Shown here: positions 1 to 8,803 of the stretch, piece by piece | Position numbering within the stretch: position 1 is the stretch's first letter | Layout of the letters: each line of letters starts with the position of its first letter | Source: Candidatus Mcinerneyibacteriota bacterium | Lineage (GTDB): Bacteria > Macinerneyibacteriota > Macinerneyibacteria > Macinerneyibacteriales > DSCS01 | DNA: 64,000 bases | NCBI GenBank assembly: GCA_016937175.1 | Contig: JAFGWL010000056.1 | Span: 166,845-230,844 of the forward strand | Direction: 5' to 3' | Program-made: the position numbers and the translations under genes | Notes under the pieces: generated by a model | Told to the model about the DNA's origin: nothing | Seen by the model: only the letters and a program-made list of their open reading frames with translations | Databases searched by the model: none

Positions 1-1053
1 CAGGGTCTCCAGGGCATGGCTGAACCATTCCCGGGAACGGCTGGCGGGATCGATCCCCTTCTTTTCCAGAAAGGGTTTCAGATAAGGGGCGATCATATCG
101 TAGGAGAGCATCTTTATATGTTCCTGGTTGACCCAGAGAAGCTTTTCAGGGCTGAAGACAGCCGGCGCCTTATTAACCCCTTCAAGGGAAAAGGCCCGGA
201 TAAGTTCCTCTTTGGTGAAGAGTTCCGTATCGCCATGTCCCCAACCCAGTTTGGCCAGATAGTTCAGCAGGGCTGAAGGCAGGTATCCGTTGTGTCTGTA
301 TTCACTCACCGAAGTAGCCCCGTGCCTTTTGGAGAGCCGCGACTTATCGCTTCCCAGGATCATGGAAAAATGTCCGAACCCGGGTGTCTCATATCCCAGG
401 GCCCTGTAGATAGCGATCTGTTTCGGTGTATTGATAATATGGTCATCTCCGCGGAGGACATGGGTGATCCCCATAGCGTGATCGTCAACGACCACGGCGA
501 AGTTGTACGTGGGAAACCCGTCGGAGCGGATGAGGATAAAGTCATCGATCTCTTTGGAATCGAAATTGATCTCTCCCCTTATCAGGTCCGTATAGGAGAG
601 GTCCTCGCCATTATCCACTTTCAAACGGATCACCATGTGAGAAGCATCTCCCTTTTTGAGCCCCCGCTCTCGACAGCGTCCGTCATAACCTACAAAGACA
701 CCCCTGGATTCCAGCTCTTTTTTACGGATGTCCAGCTCTTCTTTTGTGCAGTCACAGTAATAGGCCTTCCCCCGGGACACGAGCTCTTCGGCAAGGGTGC
801 GATAGAGATCCAGTCGTTGGGATTGATAAGTGAGTTCTCCGTCCCATTCCAGGCCCAACCACTCCATGGCTTCAAGGATCTGGTCCAGCGATTCCTGTGT
901 GGACCTTTCCCGGTCTGTGTCTTCAATACGCAGCAGAAACTCTCCCCCCATCTTCCGGGCATAGAGATAGTTATAAAGGGCTGTCCGGACACCACCGATA
1001 TGCAAATACCCCGTGGGAGACGGGGCAAAACGAACACGGATCTTCTCTTTCAC
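1..1053 (-). CDS. gltX: glutamyl-tRNA synthetase, N-terminal ~350 codons; 3-prime end runs off the window start
   Basis: Minus-strand translation gives VKEKIRVRFAPSPTGYLHIGGVRTALYNYLY (class I HIGH-type motif, nt ~1053-961). The same frame gives KLSKRHGATSV (KMSKS) at nt ~330. Probable GTG start at 1053 preceded by GGGAGGA. Absent from the ORF track only because no in-window stop exists; the plus-strand ORFs 16-276 and 292-1188 are its antisense shadows. Confidence 0.85.
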   Translation of the reverse strand, partial: MKEKIRVRFAPSPTGYLHIGGVRTALYNYLYARKMGGEFLLRIEDTDRERSTQESLDQILEAMEWLGLEWDGELTYQSQRLDLYRTLAEELVSRGKAYYCDCTKEELDIRKKELESRGVFVGYDGRCRERGLKKGDASHMVIRLKVDNGEDLSYTDLIRGEINFDSKEIDDFILIRSDGFPTYNFAVVVDDHAMGITHVLRGDDHIINTPKQIAIYRALGYETPGFGHFSMILGSDKSRLSKRHGATSVSEYRHNGYLPSALLNYLAKLGWGHGDTELFTKEELIRAFSLEGVNKAPAVFSPEKLLWVNQEHIKMLSYDMIAPYLKPFLEKKGIDPASRSREWFSHALETL

Positions 1054-1275
1054 ATCATCCTCCCGTACTTCTTTCAAAGAAAGCCGGCCCGGGTCTTCAC
1101 TTCTCCCGCTCCGGCCTTCGGTATGTCTTTGTCTGACACGGGTACTATACCCTTTCTGCTCTCCTTTTCAAGTCATATCTCTTGGTGAATCAACAGAAGA
1201 ACTTCTTCTCCCTTGATTTTGCCTCCTCTTCTCACTATTCTGGAGGCACAGCTTAATGGTCACAAAGGAGGCCTC

Positions 1276-1884
1276 ATGGAGATCACACTTCGACGCGAAG
1301 AACCTGCTGACTACTTTCAGACAGAAAACCTTACCCGGGAAGCCTTCTGGGATGTCTACCAGCCCGGATGCGATGAACATCTCATCGTCCATCAGATCCG
1401 GTCGGTTCCTGAATTTGTTCCCGAACTCGCCTTTATAGCCCTTGTCCAGGGGAAACTGTCGGGCCATATCATGTTTACAAAAGCCTATGTCCTAACCGAT
1501 AAGGGAAAGAAAGAAGAGCTTCTCTGCCTGGGGCCTGTCAGTGTCCTTCCCTCTCTTCAAAAGCAGGGGATCGGGGCAAAGCTCATCCGGCATTCTTTAC
1601 AGGAAGCCGCTTCACTGGGTTACAGAGGAGTCCTTCTCTTCGGAGACCCGGCCTATTACTCCCGTTTCGGTTTTGTCAATGCCGCTTATTACAGCATTAC
1701 CACGGCAGATGGACAGAATTTCGACGCTTTTATGGCTCTTGAACTTCGTGATCAGGGCCTTGAAGGCATCAGGGGGAGATATCTGGAAAACCCGGTCTTT
1801 CAGGTAGATCCCAAAGAGCTGGAAGCCTTCGAAAAGCTCTTCCCGCCCAAAGAGAAGCATAAGAGAGAGGGGCAGTTCCGCTGA
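1276..1884 (+). CDS. GNAT family N-acetyltransferase (YhbS-like)
   Basis: ORF 1213-1884; internal ATG at 1276 preceded by GGAGG. Acetyl-CoA-binding region QKQGIGAKLIRHSLQEAASLGYRGVLLFGDPAYYSRFGF is typical of the YhbS/GNAT fold. Confidence 0.75.
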   Translation: MEITLRREEPADYFQTENLTREAFWDVYQPGCDEHLIVHQIRSVPEFVPELAFIALVQGKLSGHIMFTKAYVLTDKGKKEELLCLGPVSVLPSLQKQGIGAKLIRHSLQEAASLGYRGVLLFGDPAYYSRFGFVNAAYYSITTADGQNFDAFMALELRDQGLEGIRGRYLENPVFQVDPKELEAFEKLFPPKEKHKREGQFR

Positions 1885-1906
1885 GGGGAAATTTAATCAC
1901 ACCGCC

Positions 1907-4900
1907 CTACTCCTGTGCACGCCCCTTCTCCAACGCTTCGATGAGAGACTCGGTGAAAGAGAGGCTGTCGGTTCCCACAGCAGTGATCTGAGCTTTGATA
2001 CGGGCTGTGGAAGCATCGAAGGAGATCTGGCGGCCCCACTTCTCGACAAGGGAAAAGATGTCTCCCGGGTCGGCATCGGGAGTAAAGAGGATCCTGGCTT
2101 TGTTGTCTCTTACTTCGACTGTATGGAGAAAACACTTTTCCGCCCGCAGCCTGAGAGAGGCCAGGCGGAAAAGGTCGGCTGCTTCGTCCGGAAGTTTTCC
2201 GTAGCGGTCCTCCAACTCAGCCTTGATCAGGCTCAGTTCTTCCTCACTCCGGGCTCCATAGATCTTTTTGTAAAACTCGATCTTCCGGGCCCCCTCTTCT
2301 ACATAATCGTCTGGGAGGTAGGCGGCGATATCCAGATCGAGGGTCACCTTGACAGGCTCGGTGAGTTCCCGGCCCTGGAGTTCGGCGATGATTTCCTCAA
2401 GAAGCCGCCGATAGAGGTCATAGCCGATCATATTCATATATCCGCTCTGCTCTTTACCGATGATATTCCCCGCTCCGCGAAGCTCCAGATCCCTCATGGC
2501 GATCTCAAACCCGGCTCCGAGATAATCGAAATTGAGCAGGGCGTTGACCCGCTCTTTGGCAATGGTATTCATCTGGGGAGGGACGATAAGATAGGCATAG
2601 GCCTGGGTCTCCCGCCGTCCCACACGCCCCCTGATCTGATAGAGCTGAGACAAACCGAACTTATCGGCTTCATTGATGATGACAGTATTGACGTTGGGGA
2701 TGTCGATGCCGTTTTCGATGATGGTGGTGGAAAGAAGGATATCCGTCTCTCTGTTCATAAAGCGCAGGATCCGCGATTCTATCTCCCGGGCGGGCATCTG
2801 TCCGTGAACGAAATCGGTCTTGAGCTGTTTCATGGTGATCTCATCGATCTTCTGTTTGATCGACTCGATGTCCTTGATGCGGTTATGGATAAAAAAGACC
2901 TGTCCCTTTCTCCGGACTTCTCTGAAGATGATCTCCCGTAGCAGAGCTTCATCAAAGGGAATAGCCCTGGTCCGGATAGGATGGCGGTTTTTCGGCGGCG
3001 TCTCCAGCCGGCTGAGGTCCATGATCCCCGTAAGAGACATATACAATGTTCTGGGAATGGGAGTGGCGGAAAGGACAAGTGTATCGATATTCTTTTTTTC
3101 ATATTTCAGCTTCTCTTTATGGAGGACGCCAAAACGCTGCTCCTCATCGATGATAAGCAGCCCCAGGTCTTTAAAACGCATGTTCCCCATAAGGATCTTA
3201 TGGGTTCCGATGATAATATCCACTCCTCCTGTTTCTGCTTCTTTTTTGATCTCCCTGGCCCGGGCCGGAGCCACAAGACGGGAGAGCATAGCTATGGAGA
3301 CAGGATATTCAGCCATCCTTTCCCGGAAGGTCCGGTAGTGCTGGATCGCCAGGACCGTGGTGGGGCAGAGGAGAGCCACCTGTTTTCCGTCCTGAACGGC
3401 TTTGAAGGCCGCCCGGACAGCCACTTCCGTCTTTCCGAACCCCACATCGCCGCAAAGCAGCCGTTCCATGACTTTTTCAGACTCCATATCTCCTTTGATC
3501 TCCCTGAGAGCGATATCCTGGTCGGGAGTCGCCTTATAGATAAAACTCTCTTCAAAATCTTTCTGCCATGAGGTGTCGGGTGAAAACCGTATGCCTGAGA
3601 TCATCTGCCGCTCCGCCTGAAGAGAGAGAAGGTCCAGGGCAAACTCTCTGATCTTGTTTTTGACGATGGATTTTGTCTTCTTCCAGGCTGTATCGTTCAG
3701 GGCGTTGATATGGACACTCTTCTGGTCTCCGATATATTTTTCGATCTTGTCCAGATGGTCGATGGGCACGTAGATCCGTCCGTTATCCTTATAGGTGATG
3801 ACGACATAGTCTCCCTGCCGGCCGGCGATGGTCTCATTGACCACTCCGCCGTAGATCCCGATACCGTAATCGACATGGACGATAAAGTCCCCTTCCCTCA
3901 GTTCTCCCATGAGGTTTTCTTTTTTCTTCACCCCCGCAGCATATTCGATGTTCTTATGCTCCAGGTAACGGCCCAGGATCTCATCTTCCGATAGATGGGC
4001 CGCCTTTGTCTTCCGGTCCAGGTAACTCCCGCTGAAGGGCTCCACATGAAGTGTCAAAGAGCCAAGATAGTCGGTGAAATTATCTTTGAACCTCTTGAGC
4101 TGTCCCGGATTATCCATGTAAAAATGGATATCAAAACCCTCTTTCTGCCAGAGTGTGATTTTCTGGATAAGCTCCTTGTCACTCAGAGGCCCGGGGATCA
4201 CTTCGGCTCCCATAGTCTTTTCCTGCATAGTGACTGGGAGAAAGGTCTTTGTCTCGGCTTTTTTTCGATAGAATGAAAGAAGCCCGGAGATATCCTCTTC
4301 CACCTTTTCCATAAGTGAGACCTTTTCCCGAAAAACCACCTCAGGATCCGGAGGCCCCACTAAAAAGGCCTCCCAGCTCTCATCTAAAAAATCTGTTATT
4401 ACGGAATAGTCTTCATAGATCAGGGGGAAATCACGCTCCATACCGTCATAGGTTTCGCGGTTCATAAACTCAAGGACAGGGATACGCTCTTTAAGCCGCT
4501 CAAACGCAAGGGATTCATCATACAGGATCTCCCGCAAAGGGTAGATGACAGCCTCCCGGCAGGGAGACGCCGTCATCTGGGTATCGGGATTATAGAAGCG
4601 TAAGTTCTCTATCTCTTCATCCCAGAAGAGACAGCGGACAGGGAGAGTCTCAACGGGCGAAAAGACATCGATGATCTCACCCCGAACGGCAAACTGTCCC
4701 GGATAGCGGGCTTCGTAGACGCGATCATACCCCATCCGGGTCAATTTCCGGATAAGCTCCTCATGGCCGGGGCGCAGTCCCCTGGAAAGAGTTAGGGTAT
4801 ATTTGGAAAGGAGGGAGGCCGGAGGCATCTTCTGGTAGAGACCCATGACAGAGGTTATCACCGTCACGGAAGGACGGGTCAGCATGGCATGGACGACCTT

Positions 4901-5101
4901 GTAACGGGAGGCACACTTCTCTTTGTCCCCGATGAGGGGCTCGAAGGGCAGGATCTCCCAGGGATAGAAGAGAAGAGCATCCTCCTGAAGCTCTTCGAAG
5001 GCCATGGCTTCATCGATGGTCTCGAAGACGATAAGTCTCCTGGATGAGGGCCGGGACCTGAGGATATGGTGAAGGTGGCCCCGGGATACACTCTCTATCA
5101 T
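1907..5101 (-). CDS. mfd: transcription-repair coupling factor Mfd
   Basis: 1064 aa. CarD-like region (DFIVHVDYGIGIYGGV), superfamily-2 helicase motifs (GDVGFGKTEVA, LIIDEEQRFGV) and a TRCF C-terminal domain. Confidence 0.9.
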   Translation of the reverse strand: MIESVSRGHLHHILRSRPSSRRLIVFETIDEAMAFEELQEDALLFYPWEILPFEPLIGDKEKCASRYKVVHAMLTRPSVTVITSVMGLYQKMPPASLLSKYTLTLSRGLRPGHEELIRKLTRMGYDRVYEARYPGQFAVRGEIIDVFSPVETLPVRCLFWDEEIENLRFYNPDTQMTASPCREAVIYPLREILYDESLAFERLKERIPVLEFMNRETYDGMERDFPLIYEDYSVITDFLDESWEAFLVGPPDPEVVFREKVSLMEKVEEDISGLLSFYRKKAETKTFLPVTMQEKTMGAEVIPGPLSDKELIQKITLWQKEGFDIHFYMDNPGQLKRFKDNFTDYLGSLTLHVEPFSGSYLDRKTKAAHLSEDEILGRYLEHKNIEYAAGVKKKENLMGELREGDFIVHVDYGIGIYGGVVNETIAGRQGDYVVITYKDNGRIYVPIDHLDKIEKYIGDQKSVHINALNDTAWKKTKSIVKNKIREFALDLLSLQAERQMISGIRFSPDTSWQKDFEESFIYKATPDQDIALREIKGDMESEKVMERLLCGDVGFGKTEVAVRAAFKAVQDGKQVALLCPTTVLAIQHYRTFRERMAEYPVSIAMLSRLVAPARAREIKKEAETGGVDIIIGTHKILMGNMRFKDLGLLIIDEEQRFGVLHKEKLKYEKKNIDTLVLSATPIPRTLYMSLTGIMDLSRLETPPKNRHPIRTRAIPFDEALLREIIFREVRRKGQVFFIHNRIKDIESIKQKIDEITMKQLKTDFVHGQMPAREIESRILRFMNRETDILLSTTIIENGIDIPNVNTVIINEADKFGLSQLYQIRGRVGRRETQAYAYLIVPPQMNTIAKERVNALLNFDYLGAGFEIAMRDLELRGAGNIIGKEQSGYMNMIGYDLYRRLLEEIIAELQGRELTEPVKVTLDLDIAAYLPDDYVEEGARKIEFYKKIYGARSEEELSLIKAELEDRYGKLPDEAADLFRLASLRLRAEKCFLHTVEVRDNKARILFTPDADPGDIFSLVEKWGRQISFDASTARIKAQITAVGTDSLSFTESLIEALEKGRAQE

Positions 5102-5124
5102 GGCCTCTCCTGTCCGGAATCTCT

Positions 5125-6798
5125 CTATTCTTCGCTGCCGGCAGAGTCTCCCATGAACAGATACCTTTTGATCTTCCGGGTGGAAGTCTTAGGAAACTCT
5201 TCATGGCGAAGAGTGATCTTTCTCACCCGTTTATACTGAGCCAGGTGATTGTTCAATTTTTCAATCTCATGTTTCAAAAGTTCTTTCATCTTTTCGTCAT
5301 CAAGCTCCTTGATATTGTGCTCACCGGCCCACTCCTCCATCTTTTCGTAGTTGGGGAAGATAATAGCTTCAGGATGGTCCTGACCCACCACGAGGACCTC
5401 TTCAATATAGGGGCACTGGATCAGGATCTCCTCTATCTCTTCGGGGTAGATGTTTTTACCCCCGCTGGAGACGATGACGTTTTTCAGGCGCCCTTTGATA
5501 TTGATCCGTCCCTTCTTATCGATAAAACCATAATCCCCGGTATAAAACCATCCCTGTTTGAGGACTTCAGCTGTCTTACCGGGTTCTTTATAGTATCCTT
5601 TCATGATATTATCCCCCCGGACGACGATCTCTCCCACGCCGGTCTCATCGGGGTTGTAGATCCGCACTTTGACTCCTTCAAGAGGACGGCCCACCGAGTA
5701 GAAATCGATATCCCGGAAGTCTACGGCTGAAAGGACCGGAGAGGTCTCGGTCAGTCCATACCCCTGTATGATGGGGATCCCCAAAAGGAAGAAGAACTTA
5801 TTGATATGGGGCGGAAGAGCGGCTCCCCCGGCGACGAAAAAATCGATATTCTGAAACCCTGCCTTTTCAAGAAGGGGTTTGAAGATCCCCTTTGTCCCGT
5901 TAAGGCTCTTATCAAAGAGACGTCTGATCCTTGCTGCCAGGAAAAGGGTTTTCACAAGGGCCTTCCGTACCGGCGGGAGTTTGCTGATATTCGCCTGGAT
6001 GGAGTTATACATCTTCTCAAAGACCAGGGGGACTCCCACCATCTTGGTGACCTTCGTCTCCGCCATAGCCTTGACGATGTCACGGTTCGCCAGAGAAGGC
6101 GAGAAGGTAATAAGCGACCCGCTGAAGATAGGGGTCAGAAATCCCGCTGTTCCCTCATAAGCATGGTGGAGGGGCAGAATCGAAAGAAGATTGTCTTCGG
6201 GCTGGATCTGAAGCCGTTCCCGGATGGCCAGCAGGTTAGAGACAAGGTTTTTATGAGTGAGGATGACTCCTTTGGTCTTCCCGGTGGTTCCCGATGTATA
6301 GAGGAAGACAGCGGGATCTTCGGGGTCGATATCGGGGAGCGGAGGGATCTCCCGGGTCTTTTCAAAGAGTGAATAAAAACCGGTTTCCCCCATGGGGTTT
6401 AACTCGTAGAGATCTTTGAGGGCAGGCATCTCCTTTTTGGCCCCTGCGACATCTTCATAGAATTTCCCTTCGGCAAAAATACCCCTCATATCTGAATCGT
6501 TGATGATATGGACGATCTCACGGATTCCCAAAAGGCGGTCGATGGGGACGGCGATAAAACCCTGAAGCATACAGGCAGCATAGACCATGGCCCATTCGGG
6601 AGTATTGTTCCCAAGTATCCCGACTTTTTCCCCCTTCTCATACCCCAGCCCTCTTAAAAAAGAGCCCAGCTTCAGGGCATAATCTAGATATTGTCCGTAG
6701 GTATAGGATTGATAGGCTCCGTCCCGAAAGATCTGAAGAGCTTTCCTGTTTTCAAATGATTTCCCGTTTTGCAGAAAAAGATCCTGTAATGTCTTCAT
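5125..6798 (-). CDS. AMP-dependent synthetase / long-chain fatty-acid-CoA ligase
   Basis: 557 aa. AMP-binding signature YTSGTTGKTKGV and GYGLTET; ATGA overlap with the downstream STAS gene. Confidence 0.85.
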   Translation of the reverse strand: MKTLQDLFLQNGKSFENRKALQIFRDGAYQSYTYGQYLDYALKLGSFLRGLGYEKGEKVGILGNNTPEWAMVYAACMLQGFIAVPIDRLLGIREIVHIINDSDMRGIFAEGKFYEDVAGAKKEMPALKDLYELNPMGETGFYSLFEKTREIPPLPDIDPEDPAVFLYTSGTTGKTKGVILTHKNLVSNLLAIRERLQIQPEDNLLSILPLHHAYEGTAGFLTPIFSGSLITFSPSLANRDIVKAMAETKVTKMVGVPLVFEKMYNSIQANISKLPPVRKALVKTLFLAARIRRLFDKSLNGTKGIFKPLLEKAGFQNIDFFVAGGAALPPHINKFFFLLGIPIIQGYGLTETSPVLSAVDFRDIDFYSVGRPLEGVKVRIYNPDETGVGEIVVRGDNIMKGYYKEPGKTAEVLKQGWFYTGDYGFIDKKGRINIKGRLKNVIVSSGGKNIYPEEIEEILIQCPYIEEVLVVGQDHPEAIIFPNYEKMEEWAGEHNIKELDDEKMKELLKHEIEKLNNHLAQYKRVRKITLRHEEFPKTSTRKIKRYLFMGDSAGSEE

Positions 6799-7139
6799 AC
6801 GGCGACCTTTCTTTTGGCTTCCTCGACACTGCCAAAAATCTTGAATATCTTGTTGAACCCGGCAAGACTCAAAATCTTTTCGATCTTATGAGAGGGAGCG
6901 GCCAAAGCCAGCTCTCCGCTGCTCTTATTCAAGACAGACCGTGCTGCCAGAAACGATCCCATTCCGGCACTGTCCACATACTCTACTCCGTTCAGATCAA
7001 AAATGACAAAGATAAACCCCTTAGGTAAGAGAACATTCCTCACAAGCTCAATGACAGCGGGTTCATCATTGACGTTGATATTCCCTGAAAAGGAAACCAC
7101 CGCTGTTTTACCAAGCTCCTCTGTCACCCTCCATTCCAT
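6795..7139 (-). CDS. STAS-domain anti-sigma-factor antagonist (RsbV/SpoIIAA-like)
   Basis: 114 aa, matching the STAS pattern (VDSAGMGSF...GELALAAP...ILSLAGF); overlaps the upstream kinase gene. Confidence 0.8.
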   Translation of the reverse strand: MEWRVTEELGKTAVVSFSGNINVNDEPAVIELVRNVLLPKGFIFVIFDLNGVEYVDSAGMGSFLAARSVLNKSSGELALAAPSHKIEKILSLAGFNKIFKIFGSVEEAKRKVAV

Positions 7140-7557
7140 GACATCCTCCTCTGCATGCTATTTTCATCTCCAGGACAGTCTGCCCGGGAGAGAAATGGTA
7201 TTCGACGCTGTCCATCAGCCTTTTCATCAAAAAGATCCCTCGCCCTCCGGGAAGCGTGATGTTATCCGGATGAGTGGGATCAGCCAGGGTTTCCGGGCAA
7301 AACCCTTTCCCCAGGTCCTTTATGGTAATATGAAGAGCCTCTTCTGTCAAAAGAAGTTCAACATCGACATTTTTCTCAGGATCTTCACCGTTTCCGTGTT
7401 TTACCGCATTGACGACTCCTTCCACCACAGCCAGAAATATCTCATCGGGACATAGGCCGCTTTCTGCGGCGAAATCAGACATGAACTGCCTGTATAGAGC
7501 TTCGATACCCGGCAGAAATGAGGTCCGGCTGGGAAAACTGAAGTGGATGCGGACCAT
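7108..7557 (-). CDS. anti-sigma regulatory factor, HATPase_c Ser/Thr kinase (RsbW/SpoIIAB-like)
   Basis: 149 aa; GHKL N-box AVVEGVVNAVKHG and G-box DLGKGF...GGRGIFLMKRL. Confidence 0.8.
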   Translation of the reverse strand: MVRIHFSFPSRTSFLPGIEALYRQFMSDFAAESGLCPDEIFLAVVEGVVNAVKHGNGEDPEKNVDVELLLTEEALHITIKDLGKGFCPETLADPTHPDNITLPGGRGIFLMKRLMDSVEYHFSPGQTVLEMKIACRGGCHGMEGDRGAW

Positions 7558-7558
7558 A

Positions 7559-8803
7559 TCACTCTCTCCGGAAAAGCAGAAGAGTCATGTCGTCTGTCTG
7601 TTTTCCCCGGGCAAAATCGAAGGCCCTGTCGAAAAGATTCTGGCTGAACGCCTCAAGGCTCTCCCTCGGGCCCTTCTCCAGATCCTTCACAAAGGCCTTC
7701 TCCCCATAGAGGTTCTCTTCGCTGTCCATGGATTCAGTGATCCCGTCGGTGTAAAGGATCAGGGTCTCTTTCCGGTCGAGGGGAAGTGTATGAAGGCTGA
7801 AGTCATACTCTTCCAGGATACCCAGTGGAATGTCATTACTCTCAAGAAAACGGACAGAACCCTCCTCGGAAAGAAGAGCCGGATAATTATGGCCGGCATT
7901 GACGTATTCGATGGCATGTCTCTTTTTGTCCAGTTTACCTAAAACAAGAGTCACAAAGCGCTGAGCTTCCGTATCCCGGAAGATGGAACTGTTCAGCTGA
8001 TTCACGATATCGGCGAGATTCATTTTAAATCGGACAGCCGAATGAAGATAGGCACGCAATGTGCTCATGACCAGGGCAGCAGGGGCCCCTTTCCCGGAGA
8101 CATCTGCGATGACGAACAACACCTGGTCTTCTCCATAGGGAAGAACATCATAATAATCGCCCCCGACACTCCGGCAGGCCCGGTACCGGGCCACATACTG
8201 ATATCCCTCGATGGAGATATCATCGCGGGGAAGAAGCCTCTCCTGGATCTCTCCTGCGATCCTCAGGTCAGCTTCCATCCGTTCCTTTTCCAGAGTATCT
8301 TTATGCCACATGGCGTTTTTCAGATTTAAGGCAGCCAGATCTGCAAATGTCTGGAGGAGTTTCAAGTCCCGGGAATTAAAGGCTCCGCCGTCTTCCTTGT
8401 TCAGGACTTCTATCAGACCGATGACCTTACCGTTGATCCATACGGGAACACCGATGATGGATTTAGTAACAAATTCGCTTTTTTTGTCCACCCCCTGAAA
8501 AAACCTCGGATCGGCCGAAACATCTTTGACCAGAAGCGGCTTTTCATTCTGAATGATCCATCCGGCGATACCCTTGTCGGCGGGGAAGCGGATCTCTTTG
8601 ATCTTCTCCCCTTTTTCTCCCGTGGCCACATCAAAATAGAGCTCATTTTTTTCTGTATCCAGGAAGATCAAAGAACTGGCTTCCGCTTTAAAGACCACTT
8701 TAGCCTGTTCCATGATGACAGCTTTTGTCTTGTCAAAATCCAAAGAAGCATTGAGCATTTTGACGACATCAAGGAGTTTTCTGTACCGGCTTTGTTCCGC
8801 CAT
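7559..8803 (-). CDS. GAF-domain PP2C-type serine phosphatase (RsbU/SpoIIE-like)
   Basis: 414 aa. N-terminal GAF, then a PP2C/SpoIIE domain (GGDYYDV...ADVSGKG...YTDGITE); 1-nt gap to the downstream kinase gene. Confidence 0.85.
   Translation of the reverse strand: MAEQSRYRKLLDVVKMLNASLDFDKTKAVIMEQAKVVFKAEASSLIFLDTEKNELYFDVATGEKGEKIKEIRFPADKGIAGWIIQNEKPLLVKDVSADPRFFQGVDKKSEFVTKSIIGVPVWINGKVIGLIEVLNKEDGGAFNSRDLKLLQTFADLAALNLKNAMWHKDTLEKERMEADLRIAGEIQERLLPRDDISIEGYQYVARYRACRSVGGDYYDVLPYGEDQVLFVIADVSGKGAPAALVMSTLRAYLHSAVRFKMNLADIVNQLNSSIFRDTEAQRFVTLVLGKLDKKRHAIEYVNAGHNYPALLSEEGSVRFLESNDIPLGILEEYDFSLHTLPLDRKETLILYTDGITESMDSEENLYGEKAFVKDLEKGPRESLEAFSQNLFDRAFDFARGKQTDDMTLLLFRRE

Noticed and set aside
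16-1188. Plus-strand ORFs 16-276 and 292-1188 (86 and 298 aa)
   Set aside because: They are antisense to a clearly recognisable gltX reading frame (HIGH and KMSKS motifs on the minus strand) and have no motif of their own. gltX is missing from the ORF track only because it lacks an in-window stop.
2123-4276. Several 90-270 aa plus-strand ORFs inside the mfd region
   Set aside because: Antisense shadows of a 1064-aa Mfd frame; low-complexity translations and no ribosome-binding sites.
6747-6760. AAATGATTT Fur/Zur-like core inside the acyl-CoA ligase coding region
   Set aside because: Only a 9-nt partial match without the flanking GC arms of the zur operator, and it is intragenic; likely chance.
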